This document shows, one piece after another, positions 8,803 through 17,627 of a DNA stretch of 64,000 bases (position 1 is its first letter; the number at the start of each line of letters is the position of its first letter). The translations under genes were made by a program, and so were the position numbers. The DNA comes from Eubacteriales bacterium (GTDB lineage Bacteria; Bacillota; Clostridia; Oscillospirales; CAG-272): positions 66,271 through 130,270 of the forward strand of contig JAZNDW010000011.1 of the NCBI GenBank assembly GCA_045588245.1, in the 5' to 3' direction. A model generated the notes under the pieces. That model did no database searches. It was not told where the DNA came from and saw only the letters and a program-made list of their open reading frames with translations.

Positions 8803-8819
8803 TTTAAGATTTGTTTAAG
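8803..8819. promoter_or_regulatory. Candidate OmpR-family binding site TTTAAG-N5-TTTAAG upstream of the response regulator
   Basis: Direct repeat with 11-bp period, a third TTTAAG at 8780, and an extended -10 TGTGGTACAAT on the minus strand at 8763-8773. Confidence 0.5.
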
Positions 8820-8891
8820 ATTTACCGTCTTTGCCTTTTTTACCGCATTTTTAGCAAAACAGCACAAATTTCATGCCGCTTTTCCACGCTA

Positions 8892-8911
8892 TTCACACTC
8901 TGTTCACACTC
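8892..8911 (+). promoter_or_regulatory. Candidate activator site TTCACACTC-N2-TTCACACTC upstream of SBP gene A
   Basis: 9-bp direct repeat with 11-bp period, followed by TAAAAT at 8940-8945 with no canonical -35. Confidence 0.45.
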
Positions 8912-8984
8912 AGTCAACCATACGTACACAAATATGCGCTAAAATTTACTCGCATAATTATCATGTAAATACTTGGAGGTATTT

Positions 8985-10436
8985 ATGAAAAAATTTTTAA
9001 GCTTACTGCTCGTACTTCTCATGATTGCAGTACCGCTTGCAGCATGCACGGATTCTCCCGATGACGGCGAGGGTACGGGCGACGCAGCCGGCACAGGCAA
9101 CACGGAAACCGAAGCAGACTCCGGCGCTCTTGACAAGCTCGAGATTCCGGATTCCGACTTTGAGGAACTTGAATTCATCGTCCTCACTCCCGAAGTAGTT
9201 ACTTATAACTACACAATGACTGACTTTGACGAGCCCTCCGACGACATGTATGAGAACGCACTTTACGAGCGTAACCTCGCTGTTGAAGAACTCCTCAACG
9301 TTAAGATCACCGAAGTTACCGGCGGTATCGGTTCTGACGTTTACAACCTCTTCAAGACGTCTGTAGAAGCGAACACGGGTGACTACGACGTCTGCTTCAA
9401 CCAGATGGAATACTCCTGCACCGCAACAGGCGCAGGCCTCTGCTATGACATTGACAGCTTCGAATATATCGATCTTGACAAGTCCTGGTGGAACGATGAC
9501 TGTACAGAACAGCTCGCTCTCGGCGGCATGCACTACATGCTCGCAGGCGATATCGCTCTTTCCGATAAGGAATGCATCTGGGCTGTATACTTCATCAAGG
9601 AACTCATCGAATCCAACAACCTCGAAGATCCTTACACCCTCGTAAAGAACAACCAGTGGACATGGGATAAGATGCACGAAATGGCTAAGACAGCTACATA
9701 TGATGAAAACGGAAGCGGCTCTCTCGACTCCGGTGACATCTACGGTTTCGTAACTCACAGCGAAAACTTCGCTGCAAGCTGGGAAGCTGCCGGTCTTACT
9801 CTTGCATCCCTTGATAAAGATGGAATGCCCCAGGTTAACTGGAACTCCGAACAGTTCGTTAACGTATTCGCTGACATCGTTGAACTCATGAACGATACAG
9901 AAAACGTTAACTGGACATCCACAGCTACAGTTTCCGACGCTGTTGCTCACATCACAACTTGCCTTAAGGAAGGTAAGACTCTCTTCGGAACGGAAGTTAT
10001 CGCATTCGTACGTGACTACCGTGAAAACGAAAAAGACTTCGGTATTCTTCCTTACCCCAAGTACAACTCCGACGTTGAAGATTACAACTCCTACATCGCA
10101 GTTAACTCCTGCGTTATGACGATCGGTAACAACTGCCCCGACACATACACAACTTCCATCATCGTTGAAGCTCTCGCAGCTAAGGGCGCAGCTATCCTTA
10201 CACCCGCTTACTACGAAGGTCAGCTCAAGTCCCGTTACTCCCGCGATGAAGAGTCCGGCGAAATGCTCGACATCATCTTCCAGCATCGTTGCTACGACCT
10301 CGGCGTATTCTTCAACTGGGGCGGCGCATTCGGTTCTCTCAAGAGCGTAACAGCTAACCCCGCTACTCTCTACGCACAGGTACAGAAGCAGATCGGCAAG
10401 CAGATTGAAAAGGCATTCGAAAAACTCGGTCTTTAA
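8985..10436 (+). CDS. Extracellular solute-binding lipoprotein (family-1/sugar-type SBP), paralog A
   Basis: GGAGG RBS, lipobox LAAC, YERNLAVEELLNVKI, YIDLDKSWW, WTWDKM, DFGILPYPKY, YYE..LKSRYSRDEES.EMLDII. Confidence 0.85.
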   Translation: MKKFLSLLLVLLMIAVPLAACTDSPDDGEGTGDAAGTGNTETEADSGALDKLEIPDSDFEELEFIVLTPEVVTYNYTMTDFDEPSDDMYENALYERNLAVEELLNVKITEVTGGIGSDVYNLFKTSVEANTGDYDVCFNQMEYSCTATGAGLCYDIDSFEYIDLDKSWWNDDCTEQLALGGMHYMLAGDIALSDKECIWAVYFIKELIESNNLEDPYTLVKNNQWTWDKMHEMAKTATYDENGSGSLDSGDIYGFVTHSENFAASWEAAGLTLASLDKDGMPQVNWNSEQFVNVFADIVELMNDTENVNWTSTATVSDAVAHITTCLKEGKTLFGTEVIAFVRDYRENEKDFGILPYPKYNSDVEDYNSYIAVNSCVMTIGNNCPDTYTTSIIVEALAAKGAAILTPAYYEGQLKSRYSRDEESGEMLDIIFQHRCYDLGVFFNWGGAFGSLKSVTANPATLYAQVQKQIGKQIEKAFEKLGL

Positions 10437-10455
10437 TTTCTGACTTATTATCAAT

Positions 10456-10486
10456 AAAAACGGCAGATGCGAGTCTGCCGTTTTTT
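10456..10486 (+). terminator. Rho-independent terminator
   Basis: AAAAACGGCAGA-tgcgag-TCTGCCGTTTTTT. Confidence 0.85.
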
Positions 10487-10659
10487 ATTGTCAGCGTACA
10501 AATATATAAAGCTGAAGACAATCTCAGACTAATATCGCGCCGTTTGCTTACAAAAACGCAAAAAAACAAAAAATTATAAATAATGACGTAAGAATTCCGA
10601 AAAAAATTCTACTATATAAATGTAGAAAAAAATATGACCACCGAAAGGAAGACACAAAC

Positions 10660-11223
10660 ATGAAAGACAGCGCGATAATAGATCTGTTTTTCGAGCGAAG
10701 CGACGTTGCCGTCAGGGAACTTGAGGCAAAATACGGTGTGAAAATGAAAAGTCACGCCGAACGTTATCTATCGGACAGACGCGACGCGGAAGAGGTGTAT
10801 AACGACACCCTCGTCGCGATATGGAACTCTATTCCTCCCGATCATCCGAACAAGCTGTTGACGTATATATTGGCAATTCTCGAGCACAAGGTCTTCGACA
10901 AGCTGAAATATCAGGCGAGTCAAAAACGTGCAAGCACAAAAGAAGCACTCTTTTCTGATTTTGACGACGTGGCAAAGCATATCGACAGGAGCGCCAGCGC
11001 CGAGGAGATCGTTATCAACCGCAAAAGCGGTGTGATAAACGAGTTTCTCTCATCCGAGACGGAATCGAGCAGGCGAATTTTCGTCAAACGCTACTACTAT
11101 GGCAAGTCCATTCCCGATATCGCACGCGAATCGGGAATGTCCGAAAACGCCGTTTATGCGAGAATATCAAGAACAAAGGCGCGGCTTTACAGCTATTTGC
11201 GTGATAAGGGGGTCATTATATGA
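10660..11223 (+). CDS. ECF-type RNA polymerase sigma-70 factor
   Basis: 187 aa; region 2 (DAEEVYNDTLVAIWNSIPP) and region 4 HTH (RRIFVKRYYYGKSIPDIARESGMSENAVYARISRTKARL). Confidence 0.9.
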   Translation: MKDSAIIDLFFERSDVAVRELEAKYGVKMKSHAERYLSDRRDAEEVYNDTLVAIWNSIPPDHPNKLLTYILAILEHKVFDKLKYQASQKRASTKEALFSDFDDVAKHIDRSASAEEIVINRKSGVINEFLSSETESSRRIFVKRYYYGKSIPDIARESGMSENAVYARISRTKARLYSYLRDKGVII

Positions 11224-12911
11224 GATTATCGGTTTATATGCAGGAAGAAATAAACGAGATCGACAGAAAGTATTTGCTCGAAGCGGCAGATACGACCAAG
11301 GATTCAACCTCCACCGCTTTATATTTGGTAAAGTCAAATGAATCATCCGTCAAGGATAAACTTAAAAACGTCATTTCCGTTGCCGCGAGCGTCGTTTTGG
11401 TTGCCGCTATCATCATTGCCTTTGTGCTGATGCGAAACAGTATCTCAACGCCGGGCGACAACGATCCGGCAGATTCCGCAAACAATACGGGCGGCGTGTA
11501 CGACTCCACCGATACCGACAGATCCGACGGAGCCTCAGACTCAGCCGACTCAAACGATACTACCGATGTCGTCGCTCCCGACGACACAACGCTTCCCGAC
11601 GATACGACGACCAACGGCAACGAAAACAACGACATCTACACAACAGACCTCGTCGGATACGAGTTCGTCATCATTTCACCCTTCGCAAGCGAGAATCTGA
11701 ACTACAGCATCAATGATTTTGATGAGCTTACCGACGATATTTACGAGTATGCCATCTACAGCCGCAACCGCACCGTTGAGGAGCTGTTGAACGTCACGAT
11801 CACGGAAGTGAGGGCGTCAGACGGACTCGGAGTTTTCGATCTGTTACAAACGTCCGTCAACGCAGGTGCAGGTGACTACGACCTCTGCTTCAATAGCATG
11901 CGCTACTCCGTTATGTCCGCAGGCTATAACCATTATTATGACCTCTGCGATCTATCGTACATCGATCTTGACAAATCGTGGTGGAATTCCGATGCCGTCG
12001 AACAGCTTTCGTTTTTCGGCAAAACACCGCTCGTTGCAGGCGATATCTCAATGTCCGACAAGGAAGGTCTTTGGGCGATGTACTATAACAAAGACATTCT
12101 CGCGACGCTTTCCGCAGACGATCCGTACGAGCTCGTTCTCCGTGACGAATGGATGTGGGACAAAATGCACGCGATGGCAGCCGATATAACCGCCAACGGT
12201 GACGTTGCCGGCTTCATCACAACTCCCGGAAACATAGCCGCAAGCTGGACTTCAGCGCAGCAAAAGCTTATCTCAACCGACAAGAACGGCGCGCCGACCG
12301 TTTCCTTCGGGACTGATGTTTTCTCGATGATATTTGAGGATATACGCGATATTATGGACAGCGATTCCACCTCTGTCATCTATTTTGATGGTTCCGAAGG
12401 CATCATTTCCATCGACGCCGTTGACGCATTCGCCGATGGCGATGCGCTCTTCACTTCAACGACGCTTTCCTTCGCACGCTATCTGAGAAACAAGGACGTC
12501 AACTTCGGCATCGTCCCATATCCCAAATACGATGCCGATTCCAAATGGTACGGCTCTCACGTCACAAAGTACTCAAACGTCATGGGAATCCCGACCGACT
12601 GCTCGGATACTTACGCGGCAAGCATCATAACCGAGGCTCTTGCCGCTAAAGGAGCCGAATATATCACGCCCGCATATTACGAAGCTCTCACCACATCTGC
12701 GTCGGCGCGTGACGAGCAGTCTGCGACGATGCTTGATATGATCTTCCGTAACCGTTCGTATGACATCGGCGTATTCCTCAATTATAACGACGTTTGCTCC
12801 GATCTGATGAAAAAGAGCAACTCCGCTCCTCTCGATCTTTATAACGATAATCACGAATCGATCAATGAGCAGCTCGAATCTTCATTTTCCGCTCTGCGCA
12901 GCCTCGGTTGA
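11220..12911 (+). CDS. Putative anti-sigma factor: short cytoplasmic N-terminus, one TM helix, D/T/S linker and a full SBP domain
   Basis: ATGA overlap with the sigma gene; N-terminal INEIDRKYLLEA; TM VISVAASVVLVAAIIIAFVLM; no lipobox; the C-terminal ~420 aa align by eye with paralogs A and B (YSRNRTVEELLNVTI, YIDLDKSWW, NFGIVPYPKY). Confidence 0.75.
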   Translation: MRLSVYMQEEINEIDRKYLLEAADTTKDSTSTALYLVKSNESSVKDKLKNVISVAASVVLVAAIIIAFVLMRNSISTPGDNDPADSANNTGGVYDSTDTDRSDGASDSADSNDTTDVVAPDDTTLPDDTTTNGNENNDIYTTDLVGYEFVIISPFASENLNYSINDFDELTDDIYEYAIYSRNRTVEELLNVTITEVRASDGLGVFDLLQTSVNAGAGDYDLCFNSMRYSVMSAGYNHYYDLCDLSYIDLDKSWWNSDAVEQLSFFGKTPLVAGDISMSDKEGLWAMYYNKDILATLSADDPYELVLRDEWMWDKMHAMAADITANGDVAGFITTPGNIAASWTSAQQKLISTDKNGAPTVSFGTDVFSMIFEDIRDIMDSDSTSVIYFDGSEGIISIDAVDAFADGDALFTSTTLSFARYLRNKDVNFGIVPYPKYDADSKWYGSHVTKYSNVMGIPTDCSDTYAASIITEALAAKGAEYITPAYYEALTTSASARDEQSATMLDMIFRNRSYDIGVFLNYNDVCSDLMKKSNSAPLDLYNDNHESINEQLESSFSALRSLG

Positions 12912-13097
12912 CTTATCGCAGTGCATAATTAACGTATCATTTTGCATTCACGGAGATTTCGTTAACAAAATATTACGCATCATTTGTTTTTGTTAACATT
13001 TACACAATCTTTAGTTAACATTTCATTCAACAAGGACGCTTTGTTATAATGTATCATATAAAGTAGAATAACAGCATAAACTTCACGGAGGTATAAT

Positions 13098-14540
13098 ATG
13101 AAAAAAATCTTATGTTTACTGTTGGTTCTGCTCATGATCGCCGTTCCGCTCGCAGCTTGCACCGATCCCGCTGACAACGGAGAAGGAACAAAAGACGCCG
13201 CCAACACCGGAACCGGCGACGAAACAGGAAACGAAACCGAAAACGCCGAAGACAAGATCCTTGAGATCCCCGACGAAAAATTCGAAGACGAAGAGTTCGT
13301 TATCCTCACTCCCGATGTTCTTACATACAACTTTGCTATGTGTGACTTCGACGAGCCCTCCGACGACGCATACGAAAATGCGATCTACGAGCGCAACCTC
13401 GCCGTTGAAGATATGCTCGGCATTACAATCAGCGAAGTTTCCGCTACGCTCGGCTCTGCCGTATACGAGCTTTTCAAGACGTCCGTTGACGCAAACACCG
13501 ACGACTACGACATCTGCTTTAACAGCATGGACTATTCCGCATCCGCCGTCGGTGCAGGATATTGCTACACTATCGATGATTTCGCATACATCAATCTCGA
13601 CAAGGCATGGTGGAACGATGACTGTACAAATCAGCTCGCGCTCGGCGGTCAGCACTATATGGTCGCAGGCGACATCGCTCTTTCCGACAAGGAGTGCATT
13701 TGGTGCGTATACTTCACCAAGTCGCTGATCGAGGCTCACGGCCTTGAGAATCCCTACGATCTCGTTGCCAACAACACATGGACATGGGATAAAATGCACG
13801 AGATGGGCCGCGAAACAATGTATGACGAAAACGGAAACGGCACACCCGAATATTCAGTAGATACGTTCGGTATTTCCGGACACAGCGAAAACTATCCCGC
13901 ATTCTGGGAGTCCGCAGGCTTGAAGCTCGTTGACCTTGACGACGAAGGTATTCCCGTTCTCACATGGGGTACAGAACAGTTCGTCAACGCATTTGAGGAT
14001 ATCGTAGTTATCATGGGCGACACCGAATGCTACAACGATGATAACCAGGTTCCGCTTATCTTCAAGGACGGAAGAACCCTCTTCGCAACGGAAGTTATCG
14101 CGCACGCTCGCAGCTTCCGCGAAAACGATGAAGATTTCGGTATCGTTCCCTTCCCGAAGTACACTTCCGACATCGACCGTTACTACTCCTACATCGCAGT
14201 TTCTTCCTGCGTTTTGACGATCGGCAACAACTGTCCCGACACATATAAGACCGGTATTATCGTTGAAGCTCTCGCAGCAAAGGGAAATCAGATCCTCACC
14301 CCCGCTTATTACGAAGGTCAGCTCAAGTCCCGTTACTCTCGCGATGAAGAGTCCGGAGAAATGCTCGATATCATCTTCCAGCAGCGTTGCTACGACCTCG
14401 GCGTATTCTTCAACTGGGGTTCCGCTTACACGACGCTCAAATCCGTTGACGCTAACCCCGCAACTCTGTACGCACAGCTCCAGAAGGCTATGAACAAGGC
14501 TATCGAAAAGAGCCTTGATAAGCTTTCTATCTTCGGATAA
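13098..14540 (+). CDS. Extracellular solute-binding lipoprotein, paralog B
   Basis: GGAGG RBS, lipobox LAAC, colinear with and highly similar to 8985-10436; extended -10 TGTTATAAT at 13042-13050. Confidence 0.85.
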   Translation: MKKILCLLLVLLMIAVPLAACTDPADNGEGTKDAANTGTGDETGNETENAEDKILEIPDEKFEDEEFVILTPDVLTYNFAMCDFDEPSDDAYENAIYERNLAVEDMLGITISEVSATLGSAVYELFKTSVDANTDDYDICFNSMDYSASAVGAGYCYTIDDFAYINLDKAWWNDDCTNQLALGGQHYMVAGDIALSDKECIWCVYFTKSLIEAHGLENPYDLVANNTWTWDKMHEMGRETMYDENGNGTPEYSVDTFGISGHSENYPAFWESAGLKLVDLDDEGIPVLTWGTEQFVNAFEDIVVIMGDTECYNDDNQVPLIFKDGRTLFATEVIAHARSFRENDEDFGIVPFPKYTSDIDRYYSYIAVSSCVLTIGNNCPDTYKTGIIVEALAAKGNQILTPAYYEGQLKSRYSRDEESGEMLDIIFQQRCYDLGVFFNWGSAYTTLKSVDANPATLYAQLQKAMNKAIEKSLDKLSIFG

Positions 14541-14556
14541 AGTTGTAACTTCAAAT

Positions 14557-14588
14557 AAAAACGGCGGTGAAATCACCGCCGTTTTTTT
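14557..14588 (+). terminator. Rho-independent terminator
   Basis: AAAAACGGCGGTGA-aa-TCACCGCCGTTTTTTT. Confidence 0.85.
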
Positions 14589-14724
14589 GCGCCGACGCAT
14601 TCGTCAAAATGCCGTTTCGTGCAAGAGGACACATAAAAACAGCCAAAAATCGAAGAATTAACGAGCATTTGCGAGATAAGTCGGGCATATTTTGAAATTG
14701 TCAAATATTTTTTCAAAAAGCCTA

Positions 14725-14753
14725 TTGACAAGCGTGTTGACCCATGTTATAAT
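14725..14753 (+). promoter_or_regulatory. Consensus sigma-A promoter of rplM-rpsI; the following leader may be an L13 leader
   Basis: TTGACA (14725)-17 nt-TATAAT (14748). Confidence 0.85.
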
Positions 14754-14850
14754 TCATCTCGCGCGGTCGAAAACGGTGTATAGCTATGCCCTGCCGTCCG
14801 CGAAAACACAGTTTTTTATTAAATAAAGATATTCTTTCGGAGGAATCACA

Positions 14851-15279
14851 ATGTCGACCTACATGGCAAAAAAAGAGACGGTTGAACGCAAGTGGTACGT
14901 TCTCGATGCAGCAGGAAAGCCCCTCGGCAAGACCGCTGTTGCAGCTGCTACCATTCTTCGCGGCAAGCACCGTCCCGAATTCACGCCTCACGTTGACTGC
15001 GGCGAATACGTTATCATCGTAAACGCTGAAAAGGCAGTTCTCACAGGCAACAAACTCACACAGAAGTACTACCGTCGTCATTCCGGTTATATCGGCGGCC
15101 TCAAAGAGGTTCAGTATAAGACTCTCATGGCGACCCGTCCCGAGCTCGCAATGCGTCTTGCAGTTAAGGGCATGCTCCCGAAGAACTCTATCGGCGACAA
15201 GTCCATCACCCGTCTGCACGTATACCGCGGTCCGGAACACAAGCAGCAGGCTCAGAAGCCCGAAGCTTACGAAATATAA
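14851..15279 (+). CDS. rplM: 50S ribosomal protein L13
   Basis: [43 protein letters not shown]. Confidence 0.98.
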   Translation: MSTYMAKKETVERKWYVLDAAGKPLGKTAVAAATILRGKHRPEFTPHVDCGEYVIIVNAEKAVLTGNKLTQKYYRRHSGYIGGLKEVQYKTLMATRPELAMRLAVKGMLPKNSIGDKSITRLHVYRGPEHKQQAQKPEAYEI

Positions 15280-15294
15280 TAGGAGGACGAATAA

Positions 15295-15696
15295 ATGTAC
15301 ACAAGCGCTAAACCTTATTTCTACGGCACAGGCAGAAGAAAAAGCTCCGTTGCTCGCGTTCGCATAGTTCCCGGTTCCGGTGTTGTAACCATCAACGGCC
15401 GTGACATCGACGATTATTTCGGCCTCGATACTCTCAAGCTCATCGTTAACCAGCCCTTCGCTGTTACCGATACAGAAGGCAAGTTCGACATCATCGCTCT
15501 CGTTCGCGGCGGCGGTTATTCCGGACAGGCAGGTGCAATCCGTCACGGTCTTGCACGCGCTCTTTGCCAGGCAGATGAAAGCTTCCGTCCCGCCCTCAAG
15601 AAGGCAGGCTTCCTCCGTCGCGACCCTCGTATGGTCGAGAGAAAGAAGTACGGTCTCAAGAAGGCTCGCCGCGCAAGCCAGTTCTCCAAGAGATAA
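15295..15696 (+). CDS. rpsI: 30S ribosomal protein S9
   Basis: [52 protein letters not shown]. Confidence 0.98.
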   Translation: MYTSAKPYFYGTGRRKSSVARVRIVPGSGVVTINGRDIDDYFGLDTLKLIVNQPFAVTDTEGKFDIIALVRGGGYSGQAGAIRHGLARALCQADESFRPALKKAGFLRRDPRMVERKKYGLKKARRASQFSKR

Positions 15697-15719
15697 TCTC
15701 ATCCCTATTGGGATCACAC

Positions 15720-15751
15720 AAAAAAAGCGTTGCTTTCAGCAACGCTTTTTT
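15720..15751 (+). terminator. Rho-independent terminator after rpsI
   Basis: AAAAAAGCGTTGCT-ttc-AGCAACGCTTTTTT. Confidence 0.85.
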
Positions 15752-15812
15752 ACGTGCACGATTCGCGGCATACTGTTTATTTTTATGGAGTTTTGTGGTA
15801 TAATGCAGCCGT

Positions 15813-16352
15813 ATGATAAATCAAAATTCGGCAGGAGAAGATCTATCAGTGTTTCAATCAGCAAAACAAAAAAGAATATCGTATACTGTATTTGGTATAT
15901 ATTCAATATTACTTGTATGGTTGGTTCTTTTCAAATTTTCCACAAGCCTTTCGGAGTTGCCGAATATGCGTGTTATAAATTTGATCCCATTTTACTATGA
16001 CCAAGAGACAACCACACATTCGACAGAAATTCTTTATAATATTATCGTTTTCGTTCCATTAGGCGTATATGTTCAGATATTCAAAGAAAATTGGCATATA
16101 GCAAATAAATGTGCAGTTATTCTTTTGACAAGTTTTCTATTCGAAGCAGTCCAATTCATTTTCGCAATCGGCGCCAGTGATATTACAGACATTTTAGGGA
16201 ACACCTTTGGAGGAATCGTAGGTATTCTCTTCTCTGTTATGATAAAGAAAATTGCTCCCGATAAATTTATCTCTATCATTAATGCTTGGGGCATATTAAT
16301 TGAGATTACGGCAATAGTATTGCTTGTGTTGCTTTTGGTGGCAAACAGTTAA
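15813..16352 (+). CDS. VanZ-family membrane protein (real start possibly GTG 15849)
   Basis: INLIPF, NIIVFVPLGVY, FEAVQFIFAIGASDITDILGNTFGG; visibly more AT-rich than its neighbours. Confidence 0.85.
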   Translation: MINQNSAGEDLSVFQSAKQKRISYTVFGIYSILLVWLVLFKFSTSLSELPNMRVINLIPFYYDQETTTHSTEILYNIIVFVPLGVYVQIFKENWHIANKCAVILLTSFLFEAVQFIFAIGASDITDILGNTFGGIVGILFSVMIKKIAPDKFISIINAWGILIEITAIVLLVLLLVANS

Positions 16353-16369
16353 ACCAATTTTGATTTATC
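15815..16369. repeat. Perfect 14-bp inverted repeat pair bracketing the vanZ-family gene
   Basis: GATAAATCAAAATT at 15815-15828 and AATTTTGATTTATC at 16356-16369. Confidence 0.8.
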
Positions 16370-16463
16370 GGGCAAAATCGGCATTGAATGCCCGAGTGAT
16401 TTTAGTGCAAATCCGATGTAGTATATTATTAAATCAACATAACAAAATCCGCGGAGGATAACA

Positions 16464-16961
16464 ATGATAACCACAGATAAGCTACGGAACATGGCATCGG
16501 TCATACTGACTCAAAACGGAAAGATCCTGATGCTGTATAGGCAAGGCTCTCGAATCGTCAACAATCTTTGGGTGCCGTCGGCAGGCGGTCACTTTGAAGC
16601 CGACGAGCTCAACGATCCGCGTGCCTGTGCGTTGCGTGAGCTATACGAGGAGCTCGGACTGACCGAGGACGATGTCGAAGGTTTGTCGCTCCGCTACATC
16701 ACGCTTCGCAATTACAAGGGCGAGGTGCGCCAGAACTATTACTTCTTCGCAAACCTCAAAAACGGACGCGAAGCGTCGCTTTCTTCAAACGAGGGTGAGC
16801 TTCGCTGGTTTGCCCCCGATGAGCTGACAGATATAGAAATGCCGTTTTCGGCGAAATTCATGTTAGATCATTACGTCTCCGTCGGGAAGCATACAGACTG
16901 CCTTTATGGCGGCGTCTCAAACAGTGTTTCCGTCGTTTTCACCGAGCTTGGCGAGGGCTGA
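16464..16961 (+). CDS. NUDIX hydrolase
   Basis: GGHFEADE...ACALRELYEELGL Nudix box. Confidence 0.9.
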   Translation: MITTDKLRNMASVILTQNGKILMLYRQGSRIVNNLWVPSAGGHFEADELNDPRACALRELYEELGLTEDDVEGLSLRYITLRNYKGEVRQNYYFFANLKNGREASLSSNEGELRWFAPDELTDIEMPFSAKFMLDHYVSVGKHTDCLYGGVSNSVSVVFTELGEG

Positions 16962-16976
16962 CGCAAAACACAACGC

Positions 16977-17010
16977 AAAAAGAGGACTTTCGTCACCGAA
17001 AGTCCTCTTT
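16977..17010. terminator. Bidirectional terminator between convergent genes
   Basis: AAAGAGGACTTTCG-tcac-CGAAAGTCCTCTTT. Confidence 0.8.
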
Positions 17011-17017
17011 GTTTCAT

Positions 17018-17578
17018 TTACATAAGATCTTCATTGTAAACCGCCCTTGCTCCGCCGACGAATTTTGCTCTCGTGCGTGCAAAAACGACGTGCGCATCGC
17101 CGATCTTGTCAACGGACAGGCGCATCGGCACCGCAACGCATTTCAGGTGCATTCCGATGAGCGTATCGCCAATGTCGATGCCTGCATCAGCAGCTATCTT
17201 TTCAACCGCGACGGGCGAGGTAAAGCGCTTATACGCCGCCGTCGCAAACGATCCGCCCGCCTTCGGCTGCGGAATGACGTTTACCTCATCGAGTCGCTCG
17301 CGTTTCATCAGCTCACGCTCTATGACGATGGCACGGTTCAGATGCTCGCAGCACTGCGCTGCAAGATAAACTCCCGCCGTTTGTGCTGCCTCGTAAATGC
17401 CGCCGAACACCGCCTCAGCTACGTCAAGACTTGAACACGTCCCGATCCGTTGCCCTGCCACCTCGCTCGACGAGCATCCTACGACGAGAATATCCCCGTC
17501 CTTCAGCTTTGCTGACGCGATGAGCTCATCCGTTGCAGCCTTCGCCGACGATCTGATCTCCAAAAGCATTTCATTCAT
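17018..17578 (-). CDS. DUF436/TIGR01440 (YwlG-like) protein
   Basis: VVGCSSSEV, AAQCCEHLNRA, PKAGGS, DIGDTLIGMHLK. Confidence 0.85.
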   Translation of the reverse strand: MNEMLLEIRSSAKAATDELIASAKLKDGDILVVGCSSSEVAGQRIGTCSSLDVAEAVFGGIYEAAQTAGVYLAAQCCEHLNRAIVIERELMKRERLDEVNVIPQPKAGGSFATAAYKRFTSPVAVEKIAADAGIDIGDTLIGMHLKCVAVPMRLSVDKIGDAHVVFARTRAKFVGGARAVYNEDLM

Positions 17579-17627
17579 ATTTGATCACCTTTCAAAAGAT
17601 AAGGCACCGCGCGGTGCCTTATCTTTT

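Noticed and set aside
9003-10454. 483-aa antisense ORF spanning SBP-A, and similar ORFs over SBP-B, valS, thrS, alaS, glyA and 51773-52981
   Set aside because: Strong codon bias on the sense strand removes antisense stop codons; no motifs support them.
14722-16000. ORFs 14722-15717 (-) and 15401-16000 (+)
   Set aside because: They overlap rplM/rpsI in other frames and cross a terminator, so they are spurious.
15813-16352. Glycopeptide resistance locus
   Set aside because: Only a VanZ-family gene is present, with no vanHAX/vanRS. The family is widespread and does not by itself show resistance.
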